Positions 52,793 through 64,000 of a stretch of 64,000 nucleotides of DNA are shown in pieces. The stretch is from the NCBI RefSeq assembly GCF_006345805.1, contig NC_042999.1:15438001-15502000 (forward strand). Reading direction: 5' to 3'. The notes beneath the pieces were generated by a model, which saw only the letters and a list, made by a program, of their open reading frames with translations, made no database searches and had not been told where the DNA came from. Each line of letters starts with the position of its first letter. The stretch's first letter is position 1. The position numbers and the translations under genes are program-made. Source of the DNA: Octopus sinensis. Lineage: Eukaryota.

Positions 52793-53520
52793 TTGTGTGT
52801 CTGTGTTTGTCCCCCTAGCATTGCTTGACAACCGATGCTGCTGTGTTTACGTCCCCGTCACTTAGCTGTTCGGCAAAAGAGACCGATAGAATAAGTACTG
52901 GGCTTACAAAGAATAAGTCCTGGGGTCGATTGCCCGACTAAAGGCGGTGCTCCAGCATGGCCGCAGTCAAATGACTGAAACAAGTAAAAGAGTAAAGAGT
53001 ATATGAAATAAAAACCAGTTGAGCGCTGGGGTCTATGTAATCAACTAGCTTCCTCTTGCTAAATTTCACGCTTTGAGCCTATAGAAGAAAGGGTTATTCT
53101 CCTCCTCACCACCACCACCACCACCACCACCATGATCATCATCATTATGGTGACAAGCTAGCAGAACTGCTTGCATGCCAAGCAAAATGGTTAGTGACAT
53201 TTGATTTGTCTTTACATTCTGAGTTCAAATTCAGCCAAGGTTGACTTAGCCTTTTATCCTTTTGGTATTGATAAAACAAGTACTAGTCAAGCACAGGTTG
53301 ATGTAATCGACTTACTCATCCCTCGAATGATGGCAGAGCCATTAGCATGTCAGGTGAAATGCTTAGCAGCCTTTCATCTGTCTTTGTGTTCTGAGTTTGA
53401 ATTCCGCTAAGGTTGACTTTGCCTTTCATCCTTTTGGGGGTCGATAAAATAAGTACCAATTAAACACTGGGGTTGATGTAATTGACTCATCCCCTTCCCC
53501 AAAATTGTTGCTCTTGTAGC
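51722..53520 (+). mobile_element. Cluster of old family-B copies with younger family-D (52071-52365, -) and family-A (52584-53001, +) insertions
   Basis: The repeated GACTTTGCCTTTCATCC core is interrupted by intact younger SINEs. Confidence 0.7.
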
Positions 53521-54596
53521 AAAATTTGAAACCATTGTTATTATTATTAAAAACAAAAAAGAAAAACATTATCTATCATGAGCAGAAACACAAATTCATT
53601 AAGACATGAATTCACAATCTATGAGCCTGTAGTCTAATATACCTACAATGATATTTCATTCCAAAATTAAGCTTGTGCTAATAGCTCTGTTTGTTTACCA
53701 TTCTTAGTATTCATGCTTTGGGAGGTTTAACTTAATGCACATAAGCAAAAAAAATTACTAAATAAGAGAAGAATTTAATCTATTATATCAAGTGATATTA
53801 TGCAATAATTATGTATTTTTACATAATATGAAATAATGGGTTTTTGTGAATAGGCTTCTTTTGGCTCAGAGAAAATAGGGAATTACATCATCTAGTTTCT
53901 TTTCAAAGCAGGTGTAAACCTTAGAGAAAATAACATAGCAGATAAAAATAATGAAATGCGGCTGAACACTTGACTTTTTGGTAGACTCATTAATACAGTG
54001 TTATGTTGTTTGTGAGAATATTTTCTGTAGAAGCATAGGTGTATGAGGAGACAGGATAATGACAGTCATTTAAATAAATGTCTGAAGTTAGTCGTTGAAA
54101 ATAATCAGATAAGTCATTGGTCAAGAAATGTTCATAATCATGTTCATAATGTATTACGAAAATCTCGATAAAAAAAAATCAAGCTAAAGTTAGCATTATA
54201 AAAAAAATATACAAAAAATGCAAAAAATACATATGGTTGTTAAAGTAGAGAGCCTGTGGCATATTATTTAACTTATTTTAGTCTTTTCTGATAAAGAAAA
54301 AAAAATTGATACAATTCTGAGTTTATGGTTGTGTGGTTGGTATCAAAAGAGCCACCTAGACAAATTTCCTTCATCAAAATAGTATAAAAATGATAAAATT
54401 CACAAAACAGCTGAGCCGATCGCTAGTATAATCATCACTATTGATAAATAATATATATATATATACAAAAATGTATGTGTGTGAGTGTGTACTATTTTGA
54501 GAAAGTTAAAATATTTTGAGGATATTTTAATTTAGTTCATCACATAATATGTAAAATTTTTTTTTGTTTTTTAGTTATTTTTATCATTATTATTAC

Positions 54597-54634
<38 letters not shown>

Positions 54635-55333
54635 TGTAATTTCTTTCGTGGATCTCAATTTGTCAGACTGAAAAACTTAACTTACTGATCAATAACAGTA
54701 AAAAAGGAAAAAAAAAAGAGATATGAAATTTATTTTATATCTATGTTTTAGTTATAAATATTTATCAGCAAGTCGGAATAATGATTTACACTTGAAAGAG
54801 AAACTCCTTTTTCAAAAAAGAACTTCAGAATCAACTTAAAAAAATAAAAATAAAAAAGAAATTCATAGCTGTATTATCCTTTCTCTAGTCCTGATTAACA
54901 ACGATACAATATATTCTGTCTGGTTTACAGATAGAAATGTACCATCTAGAATTTTCCAGATTTCTTTTTTGAGATTTTTCTTTCTTTTTCGCAGTAACTT
55001 TCAACAAAATCTTCATCCCTTTTTACTAATGCATTAAGATAAATGTTTGAGAATAAATTATTTCATTGATTTTTTTTTCTTACTGTCTATCAAAGACAGT
55101 CTAAAGTCAAGAGACTATGCTAAATAAAACTAAAAATATTTTACATTTATTCTGTACAAGATATTCTTTTATAGTTGCTGTATTCAAATGATCAATCTAT
55201 ATTTTTTCCCTTGGGGAAATTGCCTTAAATAACCCAATGTCAGAGATTAAAAGTACAGTAATAATAAGGTAGAAAAAAATAAAGTTACTCTGAAAGAATG
55301 CAAAGCATGGATATATGAAGTAAAGAAACTTAC

Positions 55334-55514
55334 TTTTGACAAATCCAGAGGATCTCTGCTGTTCATCATTTTATTGCGTGCAATCATATACACACCTCGG
55401 GAATGAAGATGATCTTTTAGAAGACGGTGGTACTCGGTAAATTCTTTGCCAACTTCAGCAATAGCCCCAATTTGCAGCCAGTTCATAGCCAAAAATAATT
55501 TTTCGTATACGTAT
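55334..55514 (-). CDS. Internal coding exon (first visible) of a Venus-flytrap-domain receptor, probable Venus kinase receptor: (x)YVYEKLFLAMNWLQIGAIAEVGKEFTEYHRLLKDHLHSRGVYMIARNKMMNSRDPLDLSK
   Basis: Acceptor ttttcccAG and donor GTAAGT. 181 nt = 1 nt (phase 2) + 60 open codons, ending in phase 0. Matches the GABA-B/ANF-receptor segment 'KLF..W.W..IA.I.....F.....L...L...GI.I'. Confidence 0.9.
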
Positions 55515-56583
55515 CTGGGAAAAAGTTTTAAAATTTAAATTAAAATGTATTGGATAAACTTTGTGATTTAACATGAGTACAAGTCTATTTAAAACCAACA
55601 AAAAGCTTATGGTGGAAATTGTTTGGGCAACATTGATTTTGCAGTTAATATTTAAGACATTTTAATGCAACTTCCATGAGTGAGACACACACATACAATT
55701 AATGTTCCTACTTCAATGAGAAAAAATGAATTTAACAAAAAAATATTGAATTTTTTTGAAATTCAATATGTAACTAGCTTTATTCATACAAAAATCAAAG
55801 AAAATAAATTTTACTAGAAGATATATAGGCAAGCTGATAATTTTTTTGTATGAAGAGTTTAATAATTGGTTCAGAGTTGTTTACTCTCAAAGATTTACTA
55901 CAATATGTTTTTAACAACACTAAATAGGCAGTGTTTACATGTAAGTAAATTCTGGTGGAAAAATAATTTATATTGAGATGTGGTCACAATTCCCATAATT
56001 AAACACACACAAATAGATTTTTCACTTAACTACTAAAAATATTTTGATTAACAATCTCTTCAATTATTGTGAAAATTATTTTTCTCCAGTTAATGATCTT
56101 AAGCCACAAGGAATCTCAGTTTGATTTCAATACACATTTCTTTTTATCTTAAATGAATGCCTTTTGATAAATTTTTCTAACGCAAATCTAATTAAAATCC
56201 ATAATACAAGGGAACAAAAAATTCTACAGACATAAACAGTGAATGATGGAAAAAGTAATCAGTTCTTTATTGTAGTATAATTAAAGTATAATCCACAAAG
56301 ACCTCTATATACTTGTCTGATTTAAAATGATTATAACAACAGAACACAAAGAGTGACTGTTTAGATAGGTTGGTTTTGATGTGAAAGCGGTATTTCATTG
56401 AAGACATTAAATGATTCTTAACAAAGACAAATGCAACAGTTTTTGTGTAAGTTTCATAATATATGTGGTGAGACCTAAAAAAGAGAGCTGGGTATTGTTA
56501 AACTTAGCATTGGTAAAATTATTAAGCTGTTAGTTGTAAGTGTTAGTCAACTAAAATAAGGATTCACTTTTAATGGTTGCATT

Positions 56584-56746
56584 ATAGGTGTAGGAGTGGC
56601 TGTGTGGTAAGTAGCTTGCTTACCAACCACATGCTTCCGGGTTCAGTCCCACTGTGTGGCACCTTGGGCAAGTGTCTTCTACTATAGCCTTGGGCTGACC
56701 AAAGCCTTATGAGTGGATTTGGTAGATGGAAACTGAAAGAAGCTCG

Positions 56747-56792
<46 letters not shown>

Positions 56793-56850
56793 GAATGTGT
56801 TTGTGTGTCTGTGTTTGTCCCCCCAACATTGCTTGACAACCGATGCTGGT
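56584..56850 (+). mobile_element. SINE family A, 3'-truncated
   Basis: Head to mid-body similarity. Confidence 0.85.
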
Positions 56851-58954
56851 AAAAGAGTATTAAATGTTAATAAGTTATAACACAATAGATTTTTGAGCTT
56901 CAGCACAAGGCCAGAAATTTAGGGGCAAGTATTTATTACTTGATTCATATTATGAAAGGATGAAAGACAAATTTGACTATTTGGGATATGAATTTAGAAT
57001 GTAGAGGGATATAACTAAATATCACACTAAATTTTGTCTAGTACTGTACCAATTCTGTGATCACATTTCCATAATAATAATTCTTTCTACTATGGGCACA
57101 AGGCCTGAAATTTTGAGGAGAGGGGCCAGTTGATTACATTAACTACAGTGCTCAATTGGTAGTGTAATGTTTTGGCCCCAAAAGGATGAAAGACGAAGTT
57201 GACCTTGGCTGCATTTGAAACTGTGATGTAAAGTCAGAAAAAATACTGCTAAGTATTTTGTGTTAACAATTCTGTCAGCTCACTGCATAATAATGATAAT
57301 AGCAATAATAATTTTGGTTTGAAATTTTGGCACAATGCCAGCAATTTCGGGGGAACAGTAGGACCATTACATCGACTCCCATACTCAACTATTACTTATT
57401 TTATCAATCCCCATGAGGATGAATAGCAAAGTCAACCTCGGCAAAATTTGAACACAGAATGCAAAAACAGATGGAAATTATGATGATAATGATGATGATG
57501 ATGTTGATGATGATGATACTACTAATAATCATTTGACACCAGTTATGTTAGCATGGCAGACAGAGAAATAGCTGAAATAATATGGAAAAATGTAAACTAG
57601 AGATTTTCATTGAATTCTTATGAAATATGATATGATAAAAAAAACTGTATTGCAATGAAATAGTCTTCAATGAGTAAACTACACAAGGATTAAAAGAATT
57701 GATAAAAGTGTAGTTTACACTTTGATATATAAAGGAAGATGTAGTTGAAAAGATCAGCGTATTGATTATTATGAAACCAAATAATACTTGATGTGAAGAA
57801 TGTAGAAGTGTAATGTGATGGTAGGAAAACAAGAAGAGTAAATTTCATAATAGAAAGCTAAAACCATTTTGAAATAACAGAAGATCCAACATACCAGGTA
57901 GTTGGTAAGAATAAGTTAAAAGTTTAAGACAAGAAGGGAATAAATACAATTCTCTGGGAAAAAAGAAGAAAATGAGAAATTCTAGAGGAATGATAATGAA
58001 ATATATTTAAAAAGAAATTAGGTATTTTAAAGTAAAATAAAAGACATGGGAATGTGGGAATATAATAAAAGAGTTGGATAAAGAATGACAGAACAAGTGA
58101 AATAGATTCTCTTCATGCAAAATCTATTGCTAGAGAATGAAGAAGAAAGAAGAAAAAATTACAGATAATGGAACATCTTTGTGAAGAGAACTGGTAATTC
58201 GTGAGAATCAGTTAACCAATGATGTTTTTTCAAAGAATAAACAAAACAAATTAAGCAGTGGGGTGTCTCGATAGATGGGGAAGTGGGAAAGGGAGGAAAA
58301 TAAAGAATAAAAAAATGGAAAACGAAAAACAAACAAGAAACAAAACAAAACAAAACAAAAAAAAAACGGAAGAAAATTACACAAGTATGATAATATGTCG
58401 ACAAAGTAAAGATAACATCTATCATCAAGAAACATAAGACTGCTGGCAGAAGAACAGTAATCTTTAAATTGAAAACAAAGAACTAGCTTAAAAAGTACAA
58501 GATATGTAAGATTGTGCTGAGAAAAATCTAAATTTCCCTCTATTAATTTCCTTCTTTCTATCTCGAGTGCATGCTCAGGTTTGTGACTATGTGTAGGTGT
58601 TTTTAATGAATATTCCAGGATATCACTTGGTGTTGCGAATGATTGTCAATTTAAGTAAAACCACATATGCAACACGTTTTAATTCTCTGGCACTGGTACA
58701 GAGCAACTATCTAATTATTGAGAGAGTTAAACTTTGGTGCAATAATATGGAATACCTGATGTTTGGAAATCCTGTCAATGTAGCTTCATTATTCCCAGCT
58801 AAAGATGTTATACTGCATGCACTTACATATGCACTCTCCTACAAACACACACACACACACACACTATCATAATCATAAACATATATATATAAACATATAT
58901 ATTATGTTCAAATATAGACATATGAACATAAACATAGATATAGGCACACATATA

Positions 58955-59852
58955 CAGGGTGAGGTAAATAGACTGTCGTCTAAATTATAATTTTTTTGCA
59001 GAAATGAAAATATCACCGACATCTCATTTTAAAAGATATATATTTACCAAAATTGCATAAAAATATCTTGAAATACTAAAGAGTAAATTTGTTCAATAAA
59101 ATTGCCATTGGTGTCAACCACGGCCTCCAGACGACTTCAGAATCTCCTGAAACTCTTCTGGATGGTCTCCTTGTTTGAGTTGGTGAATGCTGCCGTAATC
59201 CTTGCCCTCAGTTCATTTTTGGTGTTACAAGGAGTTTTGTTCATCTCTCGCTCAGCTGCACCCCACAAAATAATCAAGGGTTTGCAGTCTGGAGAGTTAG
59301 GCAGCCAGATGTTAGGGGTGATGTGGTTGCAGAAATTGTCTGACAGCCATGATTGGGTTCTCCTGCTTGTGTAGCATGGTGCAGAGTCCTGTTGCCAGAC
59401 ATAAGGTATTCCAGCAGTCACCCTCTTCACCCAGGGCAGCACTACCACCTCCAAGGCACTTGATGTAGGCCTCCATATTGAGTATGAGATCGTGTGGCAA
59501 GATGAATGGAGGCATAACATTGCCATCACTAGTGATCTCTCCAAACACCATGATGTTGACTAGATGTTTGATTTTTATCACTCTTGCTACATGTTCTAAG
59601 ATTGCACTGTCCTCAGATTGACATCCAAACACTCTGAAATGTTTGTATTGAAGCTTCTGGCAAAGATACCAAGCAGTACAGCATGTCATTTCCAAATTTC
59701 TGACAAAGTGAATTGCGTCATGATGCTGTTTTTCTCACAGACAGTGCCCAACTGACCCTGCTATACTGTGTAGCCAACAAAATCAAAAACAAACAATGTA
59801 TGTACATGAAATTTAAAATATAAAATGGCAACAATTTACCCATCACACCATG
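58955..59852 (-). mobile_element. Internally deleted Tc1/mariner element, DD37D (maT) type
   Basis: TA-CAGGGTG...CACCATG-TA ends. VWQQDSAPC...WLPNSPDCKPL[D] puts 37 residues between the 2nd and 3rd Asp (the last Asp lies in a local frameshift). The first-Asp region is missing. Confidence 0.85.
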
Positions 59853-60354
59853 TATATATACATACACACATAAATATATACACATATTCAGACATTTATA
59901 TACATACATATGTATACACCCATCCACACCCACAATATTTTATTTAGCATGTGAAAAGTTTGATCTTACAAACAAGCATGTAATATAATAATTGCAATCA
60001 TTTCTAACACAGATACAATATCTGAAATTTTGAGGGCAGTGTAATTAAATAATTAAATCAACCTCATGAACCTAGAAGAAGTATTCTTGATAAGATTTGA
60101 ACTCAGGTTACAAAAAGTCACAACTAATTCTGCAAGGCAATTTTTCCAGCATTTTAATACTTTTGTCAACTTATTGCTCTCAATAATTTTCAGTTTAGGC
60201 ATAAGGCTAGCAATTTATGAAGATGGTTAGGCAATTAAATTGACCTTAGAGCTTCACTGGTACCTAATTTTATTGACCCCAGACGGATGAAAGGCAAAGC
60301 TGACCTTGGCAGGATTTGATCTCAGGAAGTATAGGCAATAAGAAAATATTGTAA

Positions 60355-60630
60355 GGTTGAGCAAGGTCGTTGCCAGTGCCGCTGGACTGGTTTCTGTGCA
60401 GGTGGCATGTAAAAAACACCATTTGAGCGTGGCCTGATTGGCCCTTGTGCCAGCGGCAAGGAAAAGCACCCACTACACTCTCAGAGTGGTTGGCGTTAGG
60501 AAGGGCATCCAGCTGTAGAAACTCTGCCAGATCAAGATTGGAGCCTGGTGCAGCCATCTGGTTCGCCAGTCCTCAGTCAAATCGTCCAACCCATGCTAGC
60601 ATGGAAAGCAGATGTTAAATGATGATGATG
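60355..60630 (+). mobile_element. Family D retroposon
   Basis: Conserved 3' end. Further fragments at 28372-28518, 35120-35330, 40545-40730 and 41377-41420. Confidence 0.85.
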
Positions 60631-60822
60631 TGTGTTGACCTATGCTTTAATGAGTGTGCCAAATAATAATAATATTGATAATGTATGCATAGATATACAT
60701 TACCAACATATGTGTGATGTGTTTGCCCTCACGGACACACAGACACAGACACACAGATAATAATAGCAAAGGCCACTAAATACTCTGAGTAAAAACATCC
60801 TTCACAATTGTCTTGAAATAAG

Positions 60823-61033
60823 GCAGTGAGCTGGCAGAAATGTTAGGATGCCGGGCGAAATGTTTAGCAGTATTTCATCTGCTGTTACGTTCTGAGTTAA
60901 AATTCTGCCAGGGTCAACTTTGCCTTTCATTCTTTCAGGGTCGATTAAATAAGTACCAGTGACACACTGTGGTCTATGTAATCAACTTAATCCCTTTGTC
61001 TGTTTTTGATTGTTCCCTTTATGTTTAGCTCCA
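60823..61033 (+). mobile_element. SINE family B
   Basis: Similarity to 731-960. Confidence 0.85.
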
Positions 61034-61633
61034 TTTGGGCAATAAAGAAATGGAATAGAACAGGATCAGTCATCTCAAACCCAGCAATCTCAGAATAGAC
61101 AAGTTTGCAGATAAAAATGCAAAGGCCATTTTGAAAAGAGATGATTGCCATAACATCCTCCTTTTGTTATAACAGCAACTTTTCCCTTACAATGGACTAA
61201 GTTGTGTTGTTATATAGTAATCCCAGTCAGGTTTGCTGCAACTATGATAGTAGCTCATCAAGGATTAGGAGCAAAGCCATACATTTCAGATATTTCAGAA
61301 CATGGTTTAGCTGAATGGCAAAGTATAATTGACAAGGTATATTACAACCATTATTTTGTCTTCTTCAATAACTGAAGATTAATGATGGCTGCAGGTAAAA
61401 TTAAGCCCAATGGATTTGACAGTTAAGGAGAATCATTATTTCTTAGGATTCATCATTGATGATGAATCTAAACTGACTATTGTTATATTGGGCATTCAGA
61501 TGTGTATATATACTCTGAATGTAATTAGATATTTGGCTTTTTGGTAGCATGTGGATTGTAGCAGACAGCAACCATGAACGTTGGGAAGAAAGTTTGTTTA
61601 CAACATTATGGGTTCAATATATATAGATGTCTA

Positions 61634-61899
61634 AAGGTGGCGAGCTAGCAGAAACATTAGCACATTGGGCAAAATGCTTAGCGGTATTTCATCTGTCGTT
61701 ATGTTCTGAGTTCAAATCCCACCAAGGTTGACTTTGCCTTTCATCCTTTTGTGATCAATAAAAAAAAAATACAAGTTGAGCACTGGGGTTCATACAATTG
61801 ACTTGGCCCCTTCCCCAAAACTGTTAGCAGACCAAAGCCTTGTGAGTGGATGTGGTAGATGGAAACTGAAAGAAGCCTGTCGTACATATGTGTATATTG

Positions 61900-61930
<31 letters not shown>

Positions 61931-62147
61931 ATGTGTGTATATGTTTCTGTGTCTGTGTTTGTCCTCTCCAACATCACTTGACAACCGATGCTGGTGTGTT
62001 CACGTCCCTGTAACTTAGCAGTTCGGCAAAACAAACTAGCAGAATAAGTATTAGGCTTACAAAGAATAAGTCCTGGGGTCGATTTGCTCGACTAAAGGCA
62101 GTGCTCCAGCATGGCCACAGTCAAATGACTGAAACAAGTAAAAGAGT
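61634..62147 (+). mobile_element. Chimera: family-B 5' part (61634-61830) fused to family-A 3' part
   Basis: Switch at ~61831 (...TTAGCAGACCAAAGCCTTGTGAG...). Confidence 0.75.
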
Positions 62148-62608
62148 TGTACCAAAATTTGAAACCAATATATAAATTGTCTGTAGCTGTGGAGTGTAGG
62201 TAATCTGTGATGGTTGAGGCTCCATTGTTTTGTGAGGCTTTTTAGTGTAATTAAGTTTCACACAGTAGAGATTGAAATTCTAGACTATTCTGTTATACTT
62301 GCTTATAGAACATATGCACTGTTTGTAAACTCGACAATGCATATATATGTATATGGATGTCTATTTATAGTCATATATTTGATTTTCTTGGCTGTGCTAC
62401 ACAAGCAATAGTGGACTGGCGAGGTTGTCAGCTTTCCTGATGGCAAGTGGGCCCCTGTGCCAGTAGAATCCATATATAGGGGACATGTTAGTATCTAAGG
62501 GGCCCATATCCTCAAGTTTGAGAATTTTTTATTCACTCCTGGAAGAATGGCTCTGTTTGTAGACAGTTGAAAAGAATACTTTTAAAAATAAAAGAAAAAA
62601 ATTAAATG

Positions 62609-63048
62609 ATAGGTGTAGGAGTGGCTGTGTGGATAGGCATAGGAGTGGCTGTGTGGATAGGCATAGGAGTGGCTGTGCAGTAAGTAATTTGCTCACCAAC
62701 CACATGGTTCCGGGTTCAGTCCCACTGCATGGAACCTTGGGAAAGTGTCTTCTACTATAGCTTGGGGCTGACCAAAGCCTTATGAGTGGATTTGCTAGAC
62801 GGAAACTGAAAGAAGCCCATCATGTATATGTGTATATGTTTGTGTGTCTGTGTTTGTGCCCCAACATCACTTGACAACCGATGCTGGTGTGTTTACGTCC
62901 CCGTTACCTAGCGGCTTGGCAAAAGAGGCTGATAGAATAAGTACTCGGCTTACAAAGAATAAGTCCTGGGGACGATTTGTTCAACTAAAGGCAGTGCTCC
63001 TGCGTGGCCACAGTCAAATGACTGAAACAAGTAATAGAGTAAAAGAGG
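62609..63048 (+). mobile_element. SINE family A with a triplicated 24-bp 5' end
   Basis: ATAGG(TG/CA)TAGGAGTGGCTGTG(TG/CA)G three times. Confidence 0.88.
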
Positions 63049-63454
63049 TAGCATTGTAATAGCGGGTGGGCATCGTTAGTCTCCTGGCAACCAATATTTT
63101 TAGACCCAGTCCACCATGGTACACAAGTGAATGAATACTTACAGTTAATAAAAGAAACTTCATACAACTGATTCTTTTACTCATGCTTAATGTTACAACC
63201 AAATCTCTTTTAGACAATTGTTTATTGTTCTCAAAACAAGAACAATATGAAAATGCTCAAAAAAACTTTGACAGGAAACTCTTAAAAGAAACATACTGAC
63301 CATGATTAAAACGGATTTCAACCTATATAATTTTAGATTAACAGAATAAACATTAATAAAATAATAAGAATCCTTTAGAACAAGACCTGAGTTTATGGAT
63401 AAAAAAAATCTAATATATTTGTTTTAATATGTGTTAAAATTCTAATAATCATAA

Positions 63455-63672
63455 TAATCCTTTCTACTGGAAGCACAAGGCCTTAAATTTAGGGGAAGGG
63501 ATTAAGTTGATTATGTCGACCCCAGTGTACAACTGGTACTTATTTCATTGACCCTGAAAGGATAAAAGGCAAAGTTGACTTCAGCAGAATTTCAACTCAG
63601 AATGTAGCCACTGGCAAAATACTGCTAAGCATTTTGTCAGCATTCTAACAATTCTGCCAGCTCACCACCTTT
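63455..63672 (-). mobile_element. Older SINE family B variant
   Basis: Reverse similarity to the B head and core. Related decayed copies at ~56900-57480 and ~59990-60345. Confidence 0.7.
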
Positions 63673-63706
63673 GTTATAATAATAATAATAATAATAATAT
63701 TAGTGA

Positions 63707-64000
63707 CTAGCACTATGACCCAGCATTGCCAGGTCTAGTGTTAGTGCTTGTTTTTCGTTGCTGTGTCGCAGTAAAAATTTCTCACTAAATCAAGAGCTAA
63801 GTTTCTTATCACATTTCAGCCTGGGCCAATTTTGTTGTTTATGAGCTAGTTGGACCTTTTTATGAGAGTAATTAATATTCACTGGACTTTGGTTTTCACA
63901 CCTGGAACAATCATGGAAAATTAGCGGGACTGTGCACGTGCCATTAGTCGGACAAAAAATGAGGCAGAAGAAAGTGAAAAGCTTGAATTTGGCTGCAAAA
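63707..64000 (-). mobile_element. Helitron 3' terminus; element probably runs off the window
   Basis: Minus strand reads GACCTGGC-AAT-GCTGGGTC hairpin then ATAGTGCTAG|T. The extent to the right is uncertain. Confidence 0.55.

Noticed and set aside
61050-61620. Possible decayed LINE reverse-transcriptase fragment (FLGFIIDDESKL-like); similar hints at 39940-40540 and 45900-46480
   Set aside because: A single weak motif with stops and no continuous frame; not supportable without a profile search.
5323-63059. Recurrent ORF peptides such as QASFSFRLPNPLTR, YDRLLSVSVYQIHSQG and FLQLDALPNANHSESVVG
   Set aside because: These are readings of SINE families A and D, not a protein family.

Overview
AT-rich, repeat-dense eukaryotic DNA. 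The SINE complement points to an octopus genome (inferred from recalled repeat families, not a database match). Nearly all of the window is intronic to one minus-strand gene, of which three coding exons are recoverable: 55334-55514, 20480-20575 and 17844-18116. All have canonical AG/GT sites and compatible phases. They splice into 183 aa of a Venus-flytrap (ANF-receptor/GABA-B-type) ligand-binding domain, most like a Venus kinase receptor; flanking exons were not found in the window. The introns hold dozens of tRNA-derived SINEs from about four families, four Tc1/mariner relics, a complete non-autonomous Helitron plus two Helitron 3' ends, several foldback/MITE palindromes and long microsatellites. 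The most notable observations are: (1) two Penelope-type minimal hammerhead ribozyme motifs with palindromic stem III, in sense orientation in the 34.8-kb intron; (2) three fold-back hairpins within 2 kb; (3) a mariner built from two inverted 5' ends; (4) a 256-bp triplication that multiplies a mariner end; (5) a probable Helitron capture of nearby host DNA. Most entries in the supplied ORF track are microsatellite or SINE artefacts. Repeat boundaries are read by eye and approximate unless TSD/TIR positions are given.
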